A stretch of 64,000 bases of DNA from Octopus vulgaris. Lineage: Eukaryota. Positions 26,644 to 42,277 of the stretch are shown here, one piece after another. A program made the translations under genes and the position numbers. Under the pieces are notes generated by a model. It was not told where the DNA came from, searched no databases, and saw nothing but the letters and a program-made list of their open reading frames with translations. The stretch spans positions 14,942,001 to 15,006,000 of the forward strand of contig OX597821.1 in assembly GCA_951406725.2 (NCBI GenBank), in the 5' to 3' direction. Within the stretch, counting starts at the first letter, position 1; each line of letters starts with the position of its first letter.

Positions 26644-27183
26644 TATAATTATTATCATTATGATTAATTGAGTGAGAGAGCAGTGCATGTCATCAGAGTG
26701 ACACTGGCGTAAATATACGAAGCCCAGTATACCCATTATGACTATCCGTCTGATAAGGGTACACCAGACAAATGCATCACAACCATATTTACACAGTATA
26801 GGGATCTGATGTCAAGATAAACAGCGCATGACCTTGCAGGTTGGGCCCAGTTAGAATTTGCTTCAGGTCGAGTAACTCATGAATATGGATTGCTTAAGGA
26901 TAGTGAACGAAACACCTATGTTTTCTGTGGTGAATTATCCAAACCCCCAAAGAATTCCTTGCAACACATGGCTATGATGCTCCACCACTACCTCTGCTCG
27001 TGATCAGAGATGCACATATCGTCAGCCACTAAGGGACATGCTCAACTGGTTAAGGTCAAACAACTTACAGCAGAGTATTTGCTGTGGCCCGTCTTTTATA
27101 CTAACATAAAATAATGTACCTGCCTGAGCTCAAGAGGGCATTCTATTCCAATTATTACTATTATTATTGTTGTTGTTGTTGCA

Positions 27184-27400
27184 AAGGTGGCGAGCTGGCC
27201 GAATCGTTAGCACGCTGGACGAAATGCTTAGTGGTATTTCGCCCGTCCGTACGTTCTGAGTTCAAATTTTGCTGAAGTCAACTTTGCCTTTCATGCTTTC
27301 AGGGTCGATAAATTAGGTACGTGTGAAACAATGGTGTCCATGTAATCGAATAGTTCCCTCCCCACAAAATTTCAGGCCTCGTGCCTCTAGTAGAAAGAGT
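27184..27400 (+). mobile_element. SINE family B
   Basis: Full-length family match. Confidence 0.8.
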
Positions 27401-27742
27401 TGTTGTTGTTGTTGTTCTTCTTCTTCTTACTATTATTAGAAAAGTGTCCCGATTCATAAGTCATTTTCACGTTGCCGACTGTTCAAACGATTGATAGGGA
27501 ATGTAACATGACAGCATACTATCAAAGTATCCACACACAGTTTAGTAATATAAACTCCAATCATTAAACGACACCGACTTCGTTCTCTAATGAATCCTTG
27601 AAATTCATGCAGCTCATTATCATAATTATTACAATTGTTCATCAAACACAACAAATTAAAAAAAAGTGATTATATCATATAGAGAACCCTAATATTCATA
27701 CACGATAACTCATACAAAATAATATTATATTGCATAACTCCT

Positions 27743-27966
27743 TACTCTTTTTACTCTTTTACTTGTTTCAGTCAATTGACTGCGGCCATGCTGGAGCACC
27801 GCCTTTAGTCGAGCAAATCGACCCCGGGACTTATTCTTTGTAAGCCCAGTACTTATTCTATCGGTCTCTTTTGCCGAACCGCTAAGTGACGGGGACGTAA
27901 TCACACCAGCATCGGTTGTCAAGCAATGCTAGAGGGACAAACACAGACACACAAACACACACACAC

Positions 27967-28015
<49 letters not shown>

Positions 28016-28182
28016 CATATATACGACAGGCTTCTTTCAGTTTCCGTCTACCAAATCCACTCACAAGGCATTGGTCGGTTCGGGGCTATAGCAGAAGACA
28101 CTTGTCTAAGATGCCACGCAGTGGGACTGAACCCGGAACCATGTGGTTGGTCAGCAAGCTACTTATCACACAGCCACTCCTG
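27743..28182 (-). mobile_element. SINE family A
   Basis: Family match. Confidence 0.9.
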
Positions 28183-29224
28183 TACCACGGAATTATTAAA
28201 ATTTTCTTTCAATTATTGCCAGAATTTTCATAAATTTCATAAATGAACATTTTGCAACAGACCATGTGTACTGTAAGACTTTGATAGACATAATATTACT
28301 TTGGGCACTAAAAATTTGGATACTTCCACTGTCCAAATAAACAGAAGAAACGTTTACAGAGAGAATACGCTTACTACGCTTATCCCTGTCATAACATGAC
28401 ATATAATAACTGCTTTTCCAGCGGTTATGTCCCTTTCATTCGCTAATTTATCGAGCTAAGGTTATTCATGCAGAAAAACTATAAGATAGAAAATAGTGTC
28501 AAAATGTTAAGTTATTAAGCTGCTGCATGGTTTTCTTTCAAATAAACCTAAGAGTATATAAACTAGGGTAATCAATAAATAAGTCATAATCCCCACAATA
28601 TTGACTATACCTATTTTAATCCACTGCTTGAGTTTTGTTATGCCACTGAATTTATCAATCCTGAAACTCTGTGAATCAAATGGTTATTTAGATAGGATCA
28701 ATCCTCTGTATATTGATAGACTTGCAATATATAAGCTCTCAACACCATTCATTTTAATAGCCTCTAATTACGATGTATGTTAATCTTTTGAACTCTGGTG
28801 ATTTTTCAAATGTATCTGACCAATGACCTCGTAATCATAATTATCTCAACATGTAACAGTAGAGCGGCACAAAAAGAAAACTAATTTCAGTAATCCTGTT
28901 GACTCTAATGCGTTATAAGCAGCTTTTCATTCTTCTGAATATAAGATTTGCAATTGTGGGACAGAAAGGAGAGTAAAGACATACACATATGATCATTTAT
29001 TTACATACAGGCTGGGATGACACACAACGCCAGATGAATATGTTTACACATACACACACACACACACATCCTATGGTCCGCTGAGAGGGATATATCCTAC
29101 GGCTCACGAAGCTTTACATTCGAAGGACCTGGAACGAATTATTATTGATATTCAGCGGTATCAGCACCAAGCTGTGTTTAGGCATAAGCGCGAACTTCAT
29201 TTCATCTAACATAAAGTTCTAGTA

Positions 29225-29306
<82 letters not shown>

Positions 29307-29391
29307 CACACATATATTTGTGTGCGTGTAAAAGTGAGTGAATACATAGATGTAGATAATTTATCTGCATATACACTGCGCAACCAGTGCA

Positions 29392-29429
<38 letters not shown>

Positions 29430-29842
29430 ACACAGACACACACACATATATATATGTAAGTAGAAAAGCTTCTCTCTGAATTATTTTATGCGTGAAGATT
29501 GGCGGCAGTTTTGATGTTCGTAATGTTGTATTAATGTGAAAGTTGAGAACAAGATTTGAAGGTGAATTAAAAGCAAGAATATTGTCATGGTGCTATGTGC
29601 CATCAGATCAACTTAATAAGCCCCTTAATAGCCTGTTAAATATCAATGTACATGAAATTTTAGTTCTGGCTTAGAACATTCACATCGACACCAAACAGTG
29701 GCCAACAAAACCATAGAACACTTGAATGCCAGCATTTAAATAACTCAATGGTATATAACAAAACAGTATCAATAAATGTCGGTCATATGATTACCTTCGA
29801 TTTGACTGAATCTAATTATATAGTCATTCATGTTGTATTAGT

Positions 29843-29890
<48 letters not shown>

Positions 29891-29942
29891 CACACTCTAG
29901 CATATAAGAGGATATATATTTAATGTTTAAACCATATAAATA

Positions 29943-30153
29943 TATTATGTGTTAGCCGCAGTGTTGTTCTCATCTTGATTGTTATTTTCACTACGTTTCG
30001 GCAACGTACGCCCAGCATTCATCGGGTGTCTTGTGATTCACCCGAGTGTCTTGCCTGGGATTAAACTCAGAGCCTTTTAGGTGGCGTGTACACACCCGAA
30101 ACGTAGTTTAAACAAGACTCAAGATGAGGACACTACTCCAACTAAAACGTAAT
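29943..30153. mobile_element. Inverted-repeat insert with a hammerhead-like motif
   Basis: CTCATCTTGA..ACTACGTTTCGG / CCGAAACGTAGT..TCAAGATGAG. - strand 29989-30028: CAC-CCGATGA-A-TGC...GCC-GAAA-C-GTA-GTG. Confidence 0.6.
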
Positions 30154-30370
30154 ATAAAAATTCCTTGTCTCAGAAACATAGAATTGTATCATATGAATAT
30201 ATTTCATACCACATTTGTATTAACAAAATGTTAATATTGAGGTCTATATTTCCAAAATATATTTGATAATTTCATTAAAAATCTTCCAATACCAGTAGTA
30301 CTTTCGATGTCTTTTATTTCCCTGTAGCAACATGATACGAATGGCAATACAGGCGAGTAACAAATATTTT

Positions 30371-32680
30371 TATGCGGGCGTGTACCCAAAAGAAACCGGA
30401 ATTTTGCAATATTATTTTTATTTACCTAGTTTTACAATGTGTACACTTCGCTTTCTCTGTGTTCTCCATTTGAAGCAATGCATCGGCCCAGATGCATTTT
30501 CCACTGTTTGAAGCTATACTGGAACTCTTGCGAAGTGAGACCTTTTAACGCCTCCGTCGTTTATTTTTTCACCTCTTCCACATCTGCAAGTTCCGTAGCA
30601 CCAGCTTTCTTCACCAGTGATGACCTTCGAAGTAAGTTCCGGATCAACTGCTAAATGTTCTTTCAGTTCACGATACGCATTTAGTCGTGACTGCTTTTGA
30701 TCTTCGTGTAGTAAGCGAGGCACAAATTATGCTGCAACTCTTTTTTTATTTGCAATTCTTCGCTCAAAAATTGTTGGCAGGAGCTCCAGGACAAACCATT
30801 CATATCAAAAAGTTCGTCAATGGTTCGGTGATGATCCTTCAAGATCAGTTCAAGAGTTTTCATGATGTTTACATTCGTTCGGGAGGTCGACGGTAGCCCT
30901 GGACATGGTTGGTCGTCAAGCGACAAGTGATCATTCCTAACGCATGAAAACCACACATAAACTTATGTTTTGCAGCGGCCTTGTAAGCTGTTTGAAGTAT
31001 GACAACTGTTTCGGCCACTGTTTACCCCAGCAGAAAAACAATTTCACAGAAGAATGCTGTTCCTTCGTCTCAGACATCGCATCAATCGACGAACAGGAGA
31101 GAAGCACTGCTCAACAAAGACACGCCACATTGTAATATGACGCCACTGAATAATACCTATTTCTTTATTACCCACAAGGGGCTAAACACAGAGGGGACAA
31201 ACAAGGACAGACATAGGTATTAAGTCGATTACATCGACCCCAGTGCATAACTGGTACTTAATTTATCGACCCCGAAAGGATGCAAGCCAAAGTCAACCTC
31301 GACGGCATTAGTATTTGAATTCAGAAAGTAAGGAGTACGAAATACCTATTTCTTTATTACCCACAAGGGCTAAACACAGAGGGGACAAACAAGGACAGAC
31401 ATAGGTATTAAGTCGATTACATCGACCCCAGTGCATAACTGGTACTTAATTTATCGACCCCGAAAGGATGCAAGCCAAAGTCAACCTCGACGGCATTAGT
31501 ATTTGAATTCAGAAAGTAAAGGAGTACGAAATACCTATTTCTTTATTACCCACAAGGGGCTAAACACAGAGGAGACAAACAAGGACAGACATAGGTATTA
31601 AGTCGATTACATCGACCCCAGTGCATAACTGGTACTTAATTTATCGACCCCGAAAGGATGCAAGCCAAAGTCAACCTCGACGGCATTAGTATTTGAATTC
31701 AGAAAGTAAAGGAGTACGAAATACCTATTTCTTTATTACCCACAAGGGCTAAACACAGAGGAGACAAACAAGGACAGACATAGGTATTAAGTCGATTACA
31801 TCGACCCCAGTGCATAACTGGTACTTAATTTATCGACCCCGAAAGGATGCAAGCCAAAGTCAACCTCGACGGCATTAGTATTTGAATTCAGAAAGTAAAG
31901 GAGTACGAAATACCTATTTCTTTATTACCCACAAGGGGCTAAACACAGAGGGGACAAACAAGGACAGACATAGGTATTAAGTCGATTACATCGACCCCAG
32001 TGCATAACTGGTACTTAATTTATCGACCCCGAAAGGATGCAAGCCAAAGTCAACCTCGACGGCATTAGTATTTGAATTCAGAAAGTAAAGGAGTACGAAA
32101 TACCTATTTCTTTATTACTCACAAGGGGCTAAACACAGAGGGGACAAACAAGGACAGACATAGGTATTAAGTCGATTACATCGACCCCAGTGCATAACTG
32201 GTACTTAATTTATCGACCCCGAAAGGATGCAAGCCAAAGTCAACCTCGACGGCATTAGTATTTGAATTCAGAAAGTAAAGGAGTATGAAATACCTATTTC
32301 TTTATTACCCACAAGGGGCTAAACACAGAGGGGACAAACAAGGACAGACATAGGTATTAAGTCGATTACATCGACCCCAGTGCGTAACTGGTACTTAATT
32401 TATCGACCCCGAAAGGATGAAAGGCAAAGTCGACCTCGGCGGAATATGAACTCACAACGTAACGACAGACGAAATACCGCTAAGCATTTCGCCCGGCGTG
32501 CTAACGTTTCTGCCAGCTCGCCGCCTTTTTTCGCCCGGCGTGCTAACGTTTCTGCCAGCTACCGGTAGGCAGACTGATGCCTGTGAGTCGGATTAAGTGA
32601 CTTCTAGCGGCTAAAGCCTGAACTACTACAGGCTTGTCCCACAGAGAACGATTCCGATTACCATTGGGTATTCTCTTGTA
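30371..32680 (-). mobile_element. Internally deleted mariner transposon interrupted by a SINE tandem array
   Basis: - strand remnants LSLDDQPCPGLPSTSRT...GLSWSSCQ, PRLL..DQKQSRL...KVITGEESWCYG joined to C-terminal ADVEEV..TTEALKGLTSQEFQ..FKQWK. Degenerate TIRs TACCCAAAAGAAACCGGAAT / ATTCCGATTACCATTGGGTA. Confidence 0.75.
31152..32562 (-). repeat. Head-to-tail array of 7 SINE family B-derived units, period ~189-190 bp
   Basis: Units start at 31152, 31341, 31530, 31720, 31909, 32099 and 32289. They are near-identical, and the last runs into a complete tRNA-like head. Confidence 0.92.
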
Positions 32681-32799
32681 TTTTTAGCTTTAAACCTCAT
32701 TAAACACGGAATTCTTTAGCTTTATTCATACATTATGCACACGGATATATACATATATATAAGTGTTTGTGTGTATGTGGGTGTGTACACAGATATATA

Positions 32800-32925
32800 T
32801 TATTTATTTACATTATTTACATTTGACGGATATTTGCCCTCATCTTGTTTGTTGTTAATATTCGTCAAATCTAAATAATGTAAATAATGTACATAATTCC
32901 TCATCTCTTAAAAGTAGAACTGTAT
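32800..32925. mobile_element. Short inverted remnant of the 6083-6355 family
   Basis: ATTTACATTATTTACATTTGACG / CGTCAAATCTAAATAATGTAAAT. Confidence 0.7.
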
Positions 32926-33173
32926 CACATATATATTCATTTCGTTATTTACATGCTATGTTTTATATCTTTATGCAATGCAGTGCGAGATTCAGTGTTT
33001 CAAAATGAATTACTTCACGTTCTTTGGAAAGTTTATGCAATACTAATGACTATGATGGGTGTACATATGTATATAGCTGAAATTTACAGGAAAAAAAAAC
33101 AAAACAAAAGACAAAGAATGGCTATAAACAACAAGCAAGTGTGATAGTTTGGCGCTCGGGAAGGCGAGAAAGT

Positions 33174-33209
33174 CTGTTACGTTTCGAGCCTGCGCTCTTC
33201 AACAGAAAG
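33174..33209 (-). ncRNA. Hammerhead-like motif with variant core
   Basis: CTTT-CTGTTGA-A-GAGC-gcag-GCTC-GAAA-C-GTA-ACAG. Perfect stem II. T at the A6 position. One mismatch in stem I. Confidence 0.5.
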
Positions 33210-33326
33210 GAACACGAGGAAATAAACAGAGAGAGAATAAACACATATATATACATATGTAAATATATATATATATATGTGTGCGTGTGTGTGTGTATGC
33301 ATGCATATATACGTATATATATATAC

Positions 33327-33377
<51 letters not shown>

Positions 33378-34353
33378 GTTTTTAACACTAAATGGATATA
33401 TGTCTTAGGTATAGAAATAAGTATTTTAATTTAATGGTGTTTTAATTACGGACTTTCAATAAAATTGGTGTTTTATTACAAGCTTTCTGCAATAACAGGT
33501 ATGACTCACGCTCCCCAACATATGAGAGCCGACAGATTTAGTCTAGGTCACTCCGATATATATTATATCAGTGAAGGGAACACACACACACAAAATCACA
33601 TACATACATTTACACATACATATAGATAGACATATACATGTACATATACACATAGATAATTGTAATATCTATCTACGTAGGCACACTCACACATACGCAC
33701 GCAAACATACACATTAACACAAACATGCGTACACATACGTATATATAAAGCATGTTAGATGAAGCAACAAATAGATATAATTTAAAATTATAGTCTTTCT
33801 ATTATATAGTCTAACCTAAAACGTTAGCGTTCCTAATGCAAGAACTAACAACTGGTGTGTGTATGTGTGTGTATGTATGTGTGTGTGTGTGTGTGTGCGT
33901 GTGTTATTGTTATTGATGCTACTATTGTTTAGATCCAGACTCAGACAGAATTATGTTAAAAGTCACAAATGCCATGGCTATCCCTCTCCTGCATGTTACT
34001 CTGAACGCATTAATGTAGTTTGTGACATAATAGAATTTGGCTATTTTTCGTAGGGAATTAAGTGATGATGTAGACATCCCTTGCATGGTTTTTGGTGTAT
34101 GTCATATATTTAGGTGCTTTTATCTATCTTCTCTGTTACCTGGATGTGGATGTGTTGGTTTTATTTTCTTAATTGATAATGTGCTAAAGATTTTATCAAC
34201 GGTCTCAAAATCCTGTAAAAGCCTTGACCGCTGCTCTTCCTTAATCTGACTTAATCACTAATAAGATAGTGACTCACCAACCTCCAGACAAATTGTAATG
34301 CATTAGTGTAACGTATCTAGCACTTAGTACTGCTAATATCATACAGCCTTAGA

Positions 34354-34748
34354 AAGGTGGCGAGCTGGCAGAATCTTTAGTACGCCGGGCGAAATGCTGA
34401 GTAGTGTTTCGTCTGCCGATACGTTCTGAGTTGAAATTCCGCCGAGGTTGACTTTGCTTTTCATCCTTTCGAGGTCGATTAAATAAGTACTAGATTTAAT
34501 CCCTTTGTTTGTCGTATCTATGTTTAGCTCCCTGTGGGCAATAAAGAAATAAATATCTTATAGCTTAGAAGGTGGCGAGCAAAACGCTCAGTGGCATTTC
34601 GTTGTTTTTTTTTGCATTCTGAATACAAATGCCGCAGAGTTCCTCTTTGCCTTCCATCCTTTCAGGATCGATAAAGTTAGTGCCAGCTTAATTATGGAGT
34701 CGATGTAATCCCGAAATTACTGGTCTCATGCCAAAATTTGAAATCAAT
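34354..34748 (+). mobile_element. Two adjacent SINE family B copies (34354-34551, 34569-34748)
   Basis: Both begin AAGGTGGCGAGC. A flanking AATATCATAC..CCTTAGAA-like sequence recurs at about 34335, 34552 and 34746. Confidence 0.78.
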
Positions 34749-35663
34749 ATCATATACCTTAGAAGAATTTTTCTCAAGAGGCAAATAGACCAGTTATTAA
34801 ACCTGGCCCCAAAGTGATTTAAGAAACCCCGAGTAAGATGGATAATGCAAATTCAAAAAGCAGGAAATATCTCCCATGCAGAAACCAGTGGTCTGTCATA
34901 CCTGGAGGGGAAATGAGTAGCGTCAGGCTATTTACCTATTCAAACAGACCTACTTAGTCTAAGAAATTTGAATAGAAGTATGTAATATCATGGCCGTATG
35001 TATATGATATACATGCGTGTTTGATGACATTTTATTATATCTGATAAAGTTGATTCAATGAAAATCTAAAAAGAAAGAATTTTTATTGCTGTATGTATAA
35101 ACCAGAAATAAACAAACAGTATTAAGCCCCGAACAAAGGTGAATTGAACTTTTACTTTATTTGCAGCATGTTTTAGAGTTAATTGACTAAATTGAATGAG
35201 ATAAGATGAAATTGAATTGCCACATTCCTCTTGAGAACACACGTTGTCCTTAGCAAAGCTGTACGATCGATCAGCAATTATATATTGTATTTACTGCTTT
35301 CTCTGGCAAACATTTCATTATTAGAATGAGACTTTTAGTAATAGAATTAAGCTGAAGCAGCCACAACCATTAATATTTGCAGAAACATATATGTATGTAT
35401 GTATTTATGCATGTATGTAATACATCTATAAGTGTGTGTGTGTATGTAATACATCAATATGTATGTAATACATCTATAAGCGTGTGGTTAGATAGAATTT
35501 CAAACAAAATTCTACACAGCAATATCTATGTTTCAGTTTTCTCAATAGGCCTACACGTACTTCACTAATACTTACCCCCAAACTCCCTCACATGTCTATC
35601 GTTCACATACGAACAGATCCTACCATTGCACCTGACACTCCCACATTCATACATATAGTGTAT

Positions 35664-35699
<36 letters not shown>

Positions 35700-36621
35700 G
35701 GTGGACTTTCGTGTCGAGAACGACATATGAGCTTCAAGCTGGTGCATTCAACTCAACATCTTATTCTTTGAAATAGTACCAAGATATATGGTATGTCTTG
35801 GTTATATTTAAATAAGATATATGACACATGATCAAAATGTCAGTAAGATCGAATATGGCGTCTAATGATTGTAAATGGAACTACTTAATTCTTTCTGTCA
35901 TGCCAGCGTCCTGCATTCATCATTCTCTTACTTAAAGTCTTATATCTCTCGGATATTCATTAGATACGATTGTAGCTATAAAAAACTGGTATTCTTAAAC
36001 GAGAAAAATAAGCATTTGAGCCGCAAGCTACTGCAGCAAAGTCCTCAGAAACAGTGGCTTTCATGAACATATAAGTTTGGATCCCACAAAACTGAACCAT
36101 CGCTTACTGGTGTAACCAAATTATGTCACCATAATATAATATATCTAAATATTTTATTGAAAGGAAAATCTGATATTACCAAGGGCCTGCGTTAGTACCA
36201 AGCAAGAGGCATTTCCTAAATGTAGCAATTTTAGAACCGAGTATTTAATCTCAGGCCCACTTTTCAGAATATAATTAGATAAAACTTTATATCATGAAGA
36301 TACCTGCAGCATTTGAAAGATAACAGTACTTGTAATTTCAATACTACCTAAGTCATAGTGAAATTTGTAATAAATACTCCACTTGTTTAGAATTATGTGA
36401 AATCTTTAATGATGAGAATTACTCCATTTTCACCAAATGTATAAAATCATTAAGTACATGATCAGAATTTATTTCCAAAAGTTTTGATGAAAGTAAGATC
36501 CTTTCAATGTCATTAGAGCGCCAGTGTGCCGAGTTTAACCAAAGCTCTAAAAGTCCATAACCCTTTAAGACTACCATGAATGCACAATAAACATTTAGTG
36601 GGGAAGAAAAATATAGTATAA

Positions 36622-37080
<459 letters not shown>

Positions 37081-37445
37081 AGTTAAATAAGATTCGGATA
37101 AAGACCTTGTAGATTGCTATGCAAAGTTCATTCTCTGTTATTGGCTATCTAATGTTATCATATAGTGCAAATGATCTTGCTACTGGATATAAACCAGGAA
37201 TTCTAAAGCATCTGTAGAATTTATATGGATTGAAACATGATAGAAAAAGGATTGAACAACATTGTTTATTTAAATCATTACAATTTTTTCGACACATTTT
37301 TTATACCCGTAGTACACTGGTAAGCTGTTGTACAATTATTTATTTTTCATTCTCTTTTACACTTTCTTCCTTATAATCTGACCATGGAGATAGAATTTTA
37401 ATCTATAGTCAATGTGGCCTCCACTTTTCTTCTTTTATTGTCTAT

Positions 37446-37869
37446 AGGCGCAGGAGTGGCTGTGTGGTAAGTAGCTTGCTAACCAACCACATGGTTCCGG
37501 GAGCTCAGTCCCACTGCGTGACATCTTGGGCAAGTGTCTCCTGCTATAGCCCCGGACCGACCAATGCCTTGTGAGTGGATTTGGTAGACGGAAACTGAAA
37601 GAAGCCTGTCGTATATATGTATATATATATATGTCTGTGTGTGTGTGTGTTTGTGTGTCTGTGTTTGTCCCCCTAGCATTGCTTGACAACCGATGCTGGT
37701 GTGTTTACGTCCCCGTCACTTAGCGGTTCGGCAAAAGAGACCGATAGAATAAGTACTGGACTTACAAAGAATAAGTCCCGGGGTCGATTTGCTCGACTAA
37801 AGGCAGTGCTCCAGCATGGCCGCAGTCAAATGACTGAAACAAGTAAAAGAGTAAAAGAGAGTAAAAGAG
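37446..37869 (+). mobile_element. SINE family A
   Basis: Full-length family match. Confidence 0.92.
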
Positions 37870-38287
37870 AGATCTATATTTCTGTAATTTGTATTTTGCT
37901 TATTATCATTATATTTTGTCTCTGACTATAATTAAAGATATAGTTTTGTCTGTAAAATGCTGAAAATAACACACTGCTTTAAGAATGCATTCCAACACTG
38001 AATGAAACGAAAGTAGTATACAACGACGGACTTGTTTAGATAATCACCCGAGGAGGTGTTCTAATATCTTTCATAGATAATAATGATTACACACGTCACC
38101 AACGTACAGCAGGTGCTAAAATGTATCGAAACAATTATAATGAATTTAAATAAAGAATGTCACTCATTCCATTGTCTGTCTATCTATCTATTCATTTACC
38201 TCTATAAATATGTTTGAGCATGTGTGTGAATATATACTTGTATACGAATACATACACACATATACATATATAAATAGTTGTACATGT

Positions 38288-38362
<75 letters not shown>

Positions 38363-38459
38363 ATCCAAACAAGAAAGCACAAAAAAAAAACACAACAACG
38401 CGAGGACGTGGAACAAATATAGTATTATTGGACGCTCAGGAAAGAAGGAAAGGAGGAGG

Positions 38460-38494
38460 GTTTAACGTTTCGAGCGGAGTTCTTCGTCGGAAAC
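38460..38494 (-). ncRNA. Minimal hammerhead-like motif inside a ~210-bp insert (38358-38567) between (TA)n tracts
   Basis: GTTT-CCGACGA-A-GAAC-tcc-GCTC-GAAA-C-GTT-AAAC. Perfect stem I, AACGTT palindrome, C at the U4 position. Confidence 0.62.
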
Positions 38495-39539
38495 ATAGGA
38501 GAAGGAAAGATCCAGAGAAGGGAAGACAGAGGAGAAAAAATCGCCAGCGGTACACACGAGGTCGCATTATATATATATATATATATATATTGATGTATTC
38601 ATTTTTGTGTGTGCACATCTATATATATATGTATTTATTTATTCTTTTATTCGTTTCAGTCATGAGGCTGTGGTCATGCTGGAGCACCACAATGAATATC
38701 TATTTAGATATATGTACCTTTAAAATCAAACACACACACGTGTGTGTGTGTCTGTGTGTGCATGTGCGTGTGTGCCTGTGCACGTGCGCGTGTAGGTGTG
38801 TGTAGGTGTCACGTGTCGAATACTATGTAGTTATAATCTTGGATGACTACGTAGCCCATATTGGTTGCTTTAGTTAATACATGTACACATGTAAATTAGT
38901 ATGTATTTATACATACATATAAGATGTTCTATAGATGTGTGTACGTGGCCAGGTGTACACGAGTATGTATGTAGGTATGAGTGTATATGGTTACTGCTGG
39001 TACATACAGTTTGTTATATTCTCACATGTATATACTGATTAAGAGAAATACAGAAGCGTAACTGTTACAAACAAACACACACAAACAAACACCCACACTC
39101 CACGCATACATATACGCACATACAAACACGTATCACAACAAACAGGTACTCGCACGTAAAACACGCTCACAAACACATATAGCTATAATCGACCTCAAAA
39201 CACACACGACACACGCGTCACTAGTCACTATATATAGCCACGACACATATATATATATATCAAACCGATGTAGTACATTCTTTAATGAAGACAATATATA
39301 TATATTATTAATATTTAACTTATTGTTGTAAGTATTTACGTTGTTTAGAATTCTGGCAAGCGCGAGAGTAAATATATTTCACCGAATAATTATTAAAGCA
39401 CATAAATTCTGAGGTGTGTCTAATGACTTTTATTATATATAGACATATATATATATATATACACATACATACAGATTCATATCCACATTTGTGATTATAT
39501 ACCTACGTGTGCTTATATACATACATGTGCATACGTACA

Positions 39540-39676
39540 TATATATATGCAAATATATATGCATATACATATAGAGAGATATACATATATATATTTAAGC
39601 CTGTATTACATATATGAATATATATACATATGTATATATGTATACACGTCTATATACATGCATATATATATGTTAT

Positions 39677-39759
<83 letters not shown>

Positions 39760-40399
39760 TGCACTTCCGTGTACATATGTGCACATACATATAGTTATAT
39801 ATAGATATGTATATACATGTATACATGTGTGTATATGTATATAGACGTATATATATGTATATATATATATCTATACAGATGTATATATACATATATAGTA
39901 TACATATAAATGCATATATATATATGTGTATATATCTATGTATGTATATATATACGTATATATATATATGTATATATATGTATATAAATATGTATATATA
40001 TGTATATACATATGTATATGTATATATGTATATATGTATATGTATATATGAATATATGTATATGTATATATATGTATACGTACATATATATATATATACC
40101 GTATGTATACATATATATATATAGATATATATACACACACACACATATATATATGTATATATGCATGTATTTATTTGTAAGCGATGGTGGTGATGGTGTT
40201 GGAGTGTAAGCATGGCTGCAATAGGCAACAAGCTTGAACAAGAAAACGGATAAAGAAAATAATCGTACTTTTAGTATTTAGTACGCCTGACAATCTATAG
40301 ACAAGTACATAACCACACACAAACAGAAGTATACAAATGTATGCACGTATATGTATGTATACACACACACATATATAAATATAAACGTATACATATATG

Positions 40400-40430
<31 letters not shown>

Positions 40431-40543
40431 CAATATATATGTATATATACATATATGTATACATATACACACATATATACACATACCTATATATATGTAT
40501 AAATATACATATATGTATATATATATATACACATATATATATA

Positions 40544-40594
<51 letters not shown>

Positions 40595-40680
40595 CTTTTT
40601 TTTTTTTTATATATATATATATATATATACATATATTTATATATATACATATATGTATATGTACACGTATAGGCACACAG
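39540..40680. repeat. Degenerate TA/TATG/CA low-complexity region
   Basis: Direct. Confidence 0.9.
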
Positions 40681-41646
40681 CCATTTATACACGAGTATGT
40701 GTATATACGCATAACGATAGAAAGGCATGGACATATGTTGATATCGGTGGGTGATTAATTTGTGTTTGTGTGTGAATGTGTGTGTACCTGTGTGTGTGTG
40801 TGTTTGTGTCAGTGTGTGTATGTGTAAGCAGATAGTAGATGTGAGAAAGGGTTTAGAGAAAGAACTACATACATGTTTCACTAGCAATTACATTGAAATA
40901 GAAGTACATGATAAGCAAAATGACTTACCTACGTCTCAGAACACAGTCAAACACGTGAATACAAAAGAGAACATTGAAGATACTCGCAGAAATGCGGAAA
41001 ACACAGAATTCTGTGTTATGTTTACAAAAATATAAGGTGAAAATTAGTTTATACATGCGAATACTTTTCTATTTTATTGTAGTATTTATGTATACAATCC
41101 CTTCTAGATTGTCATATATGTAAAACAATAATATATATACATATAATATACAATATATAGGAATGAAATAATACAAATATATTATATATATTTTTATTCA
41201 ATAATATAACAAGTATATTACATTACAAAAATATTAGTTTTTATCAAAAACGATGAAAATAACATCTTTTATCATTTGAATTTTTGAAACATTTGTTTGT
41301 CTTATACAGTGTTGTTATTTGTATATACATATGATATTATTCAACAATACATACTAAAGAAACAAAATGAATATAATGTCTTTCTTATTTTTATACTTCA
41401 GATGACTGAATACATTATTAGTTTAATCTACAAGTAACATCTGATTGCACTTTAATTTTCACAAGAGCATCTCATCAGTTGATTTATAATTGGCATAGTT
41501 TTGCTTGAAAGATTTGTCTTCCTTAACAAGAGAAAATATTACTCAACGCTGTCATTCATCTATTTGACAATCATGCCATATATCACGTACGTACATATAT
41601 TATTTAAAGAACGAGAAGCAAGATAAATTCTAAACTAAACATACGT

Positions 41647-41732
<86 letters not shown>

Positions 41733-41837
41733 ACACACACACACACACAGATACAAATATTAATCAACTGATAAATTTCATGAACCACCATAGATATTGT
41801 TAGCTATTACACACTACTTTATTACTCAGGCTGTTAT

Positions 41838-42056
41838 AATCCTTTCTACTGGAGGTACGAGGCCTGAAATTTGGGGTGGAGGACTAGTCGATTACATCGA
41901 CCCCAGTGTTTCACTGATACTTAATTTATTTATTGATCCCGAAAGGATGAAAGGCAAAGTCGACCGGTTGAATTTGAACTCAGAACGTAGCGACGGGTAA
42001 AATACTGCTAAGTATTTCGTCCAGAGTACTAACGGTTCTGCCACGTCGCCGCCTTG
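41838..42056 (-). mobile_element. SINE family B
   Basis: Family match. Confidence 0.8.
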
Positions 42057-42169
42057 ACGCTGTTATAATAACACACACACAATCATGATAACAATAGGTA
42101 ACCTGTGCATATACACACTCATGCACATATATACAAACGATGTAGGTATATATATATATATACATATAA

Positions 42170-42242
<73 letters not shown>

Positions 42243-42277
42243 CATTGATTAAACCTCGCTAAGTTAAATATTTCAAT

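Noticed and set aside
26666-27120. Higher-GC segment that looks like an interspersed repeat
   Set aside because: Single copy in this window with no ORF or termini that can be supported.
31152-32562. CRISPR-like regular array
   Set aside because: Whole ~190-bp units repeat with no unique spacers, the units are SINE-derived, there are no cas genes, and the context is eukaryotic.
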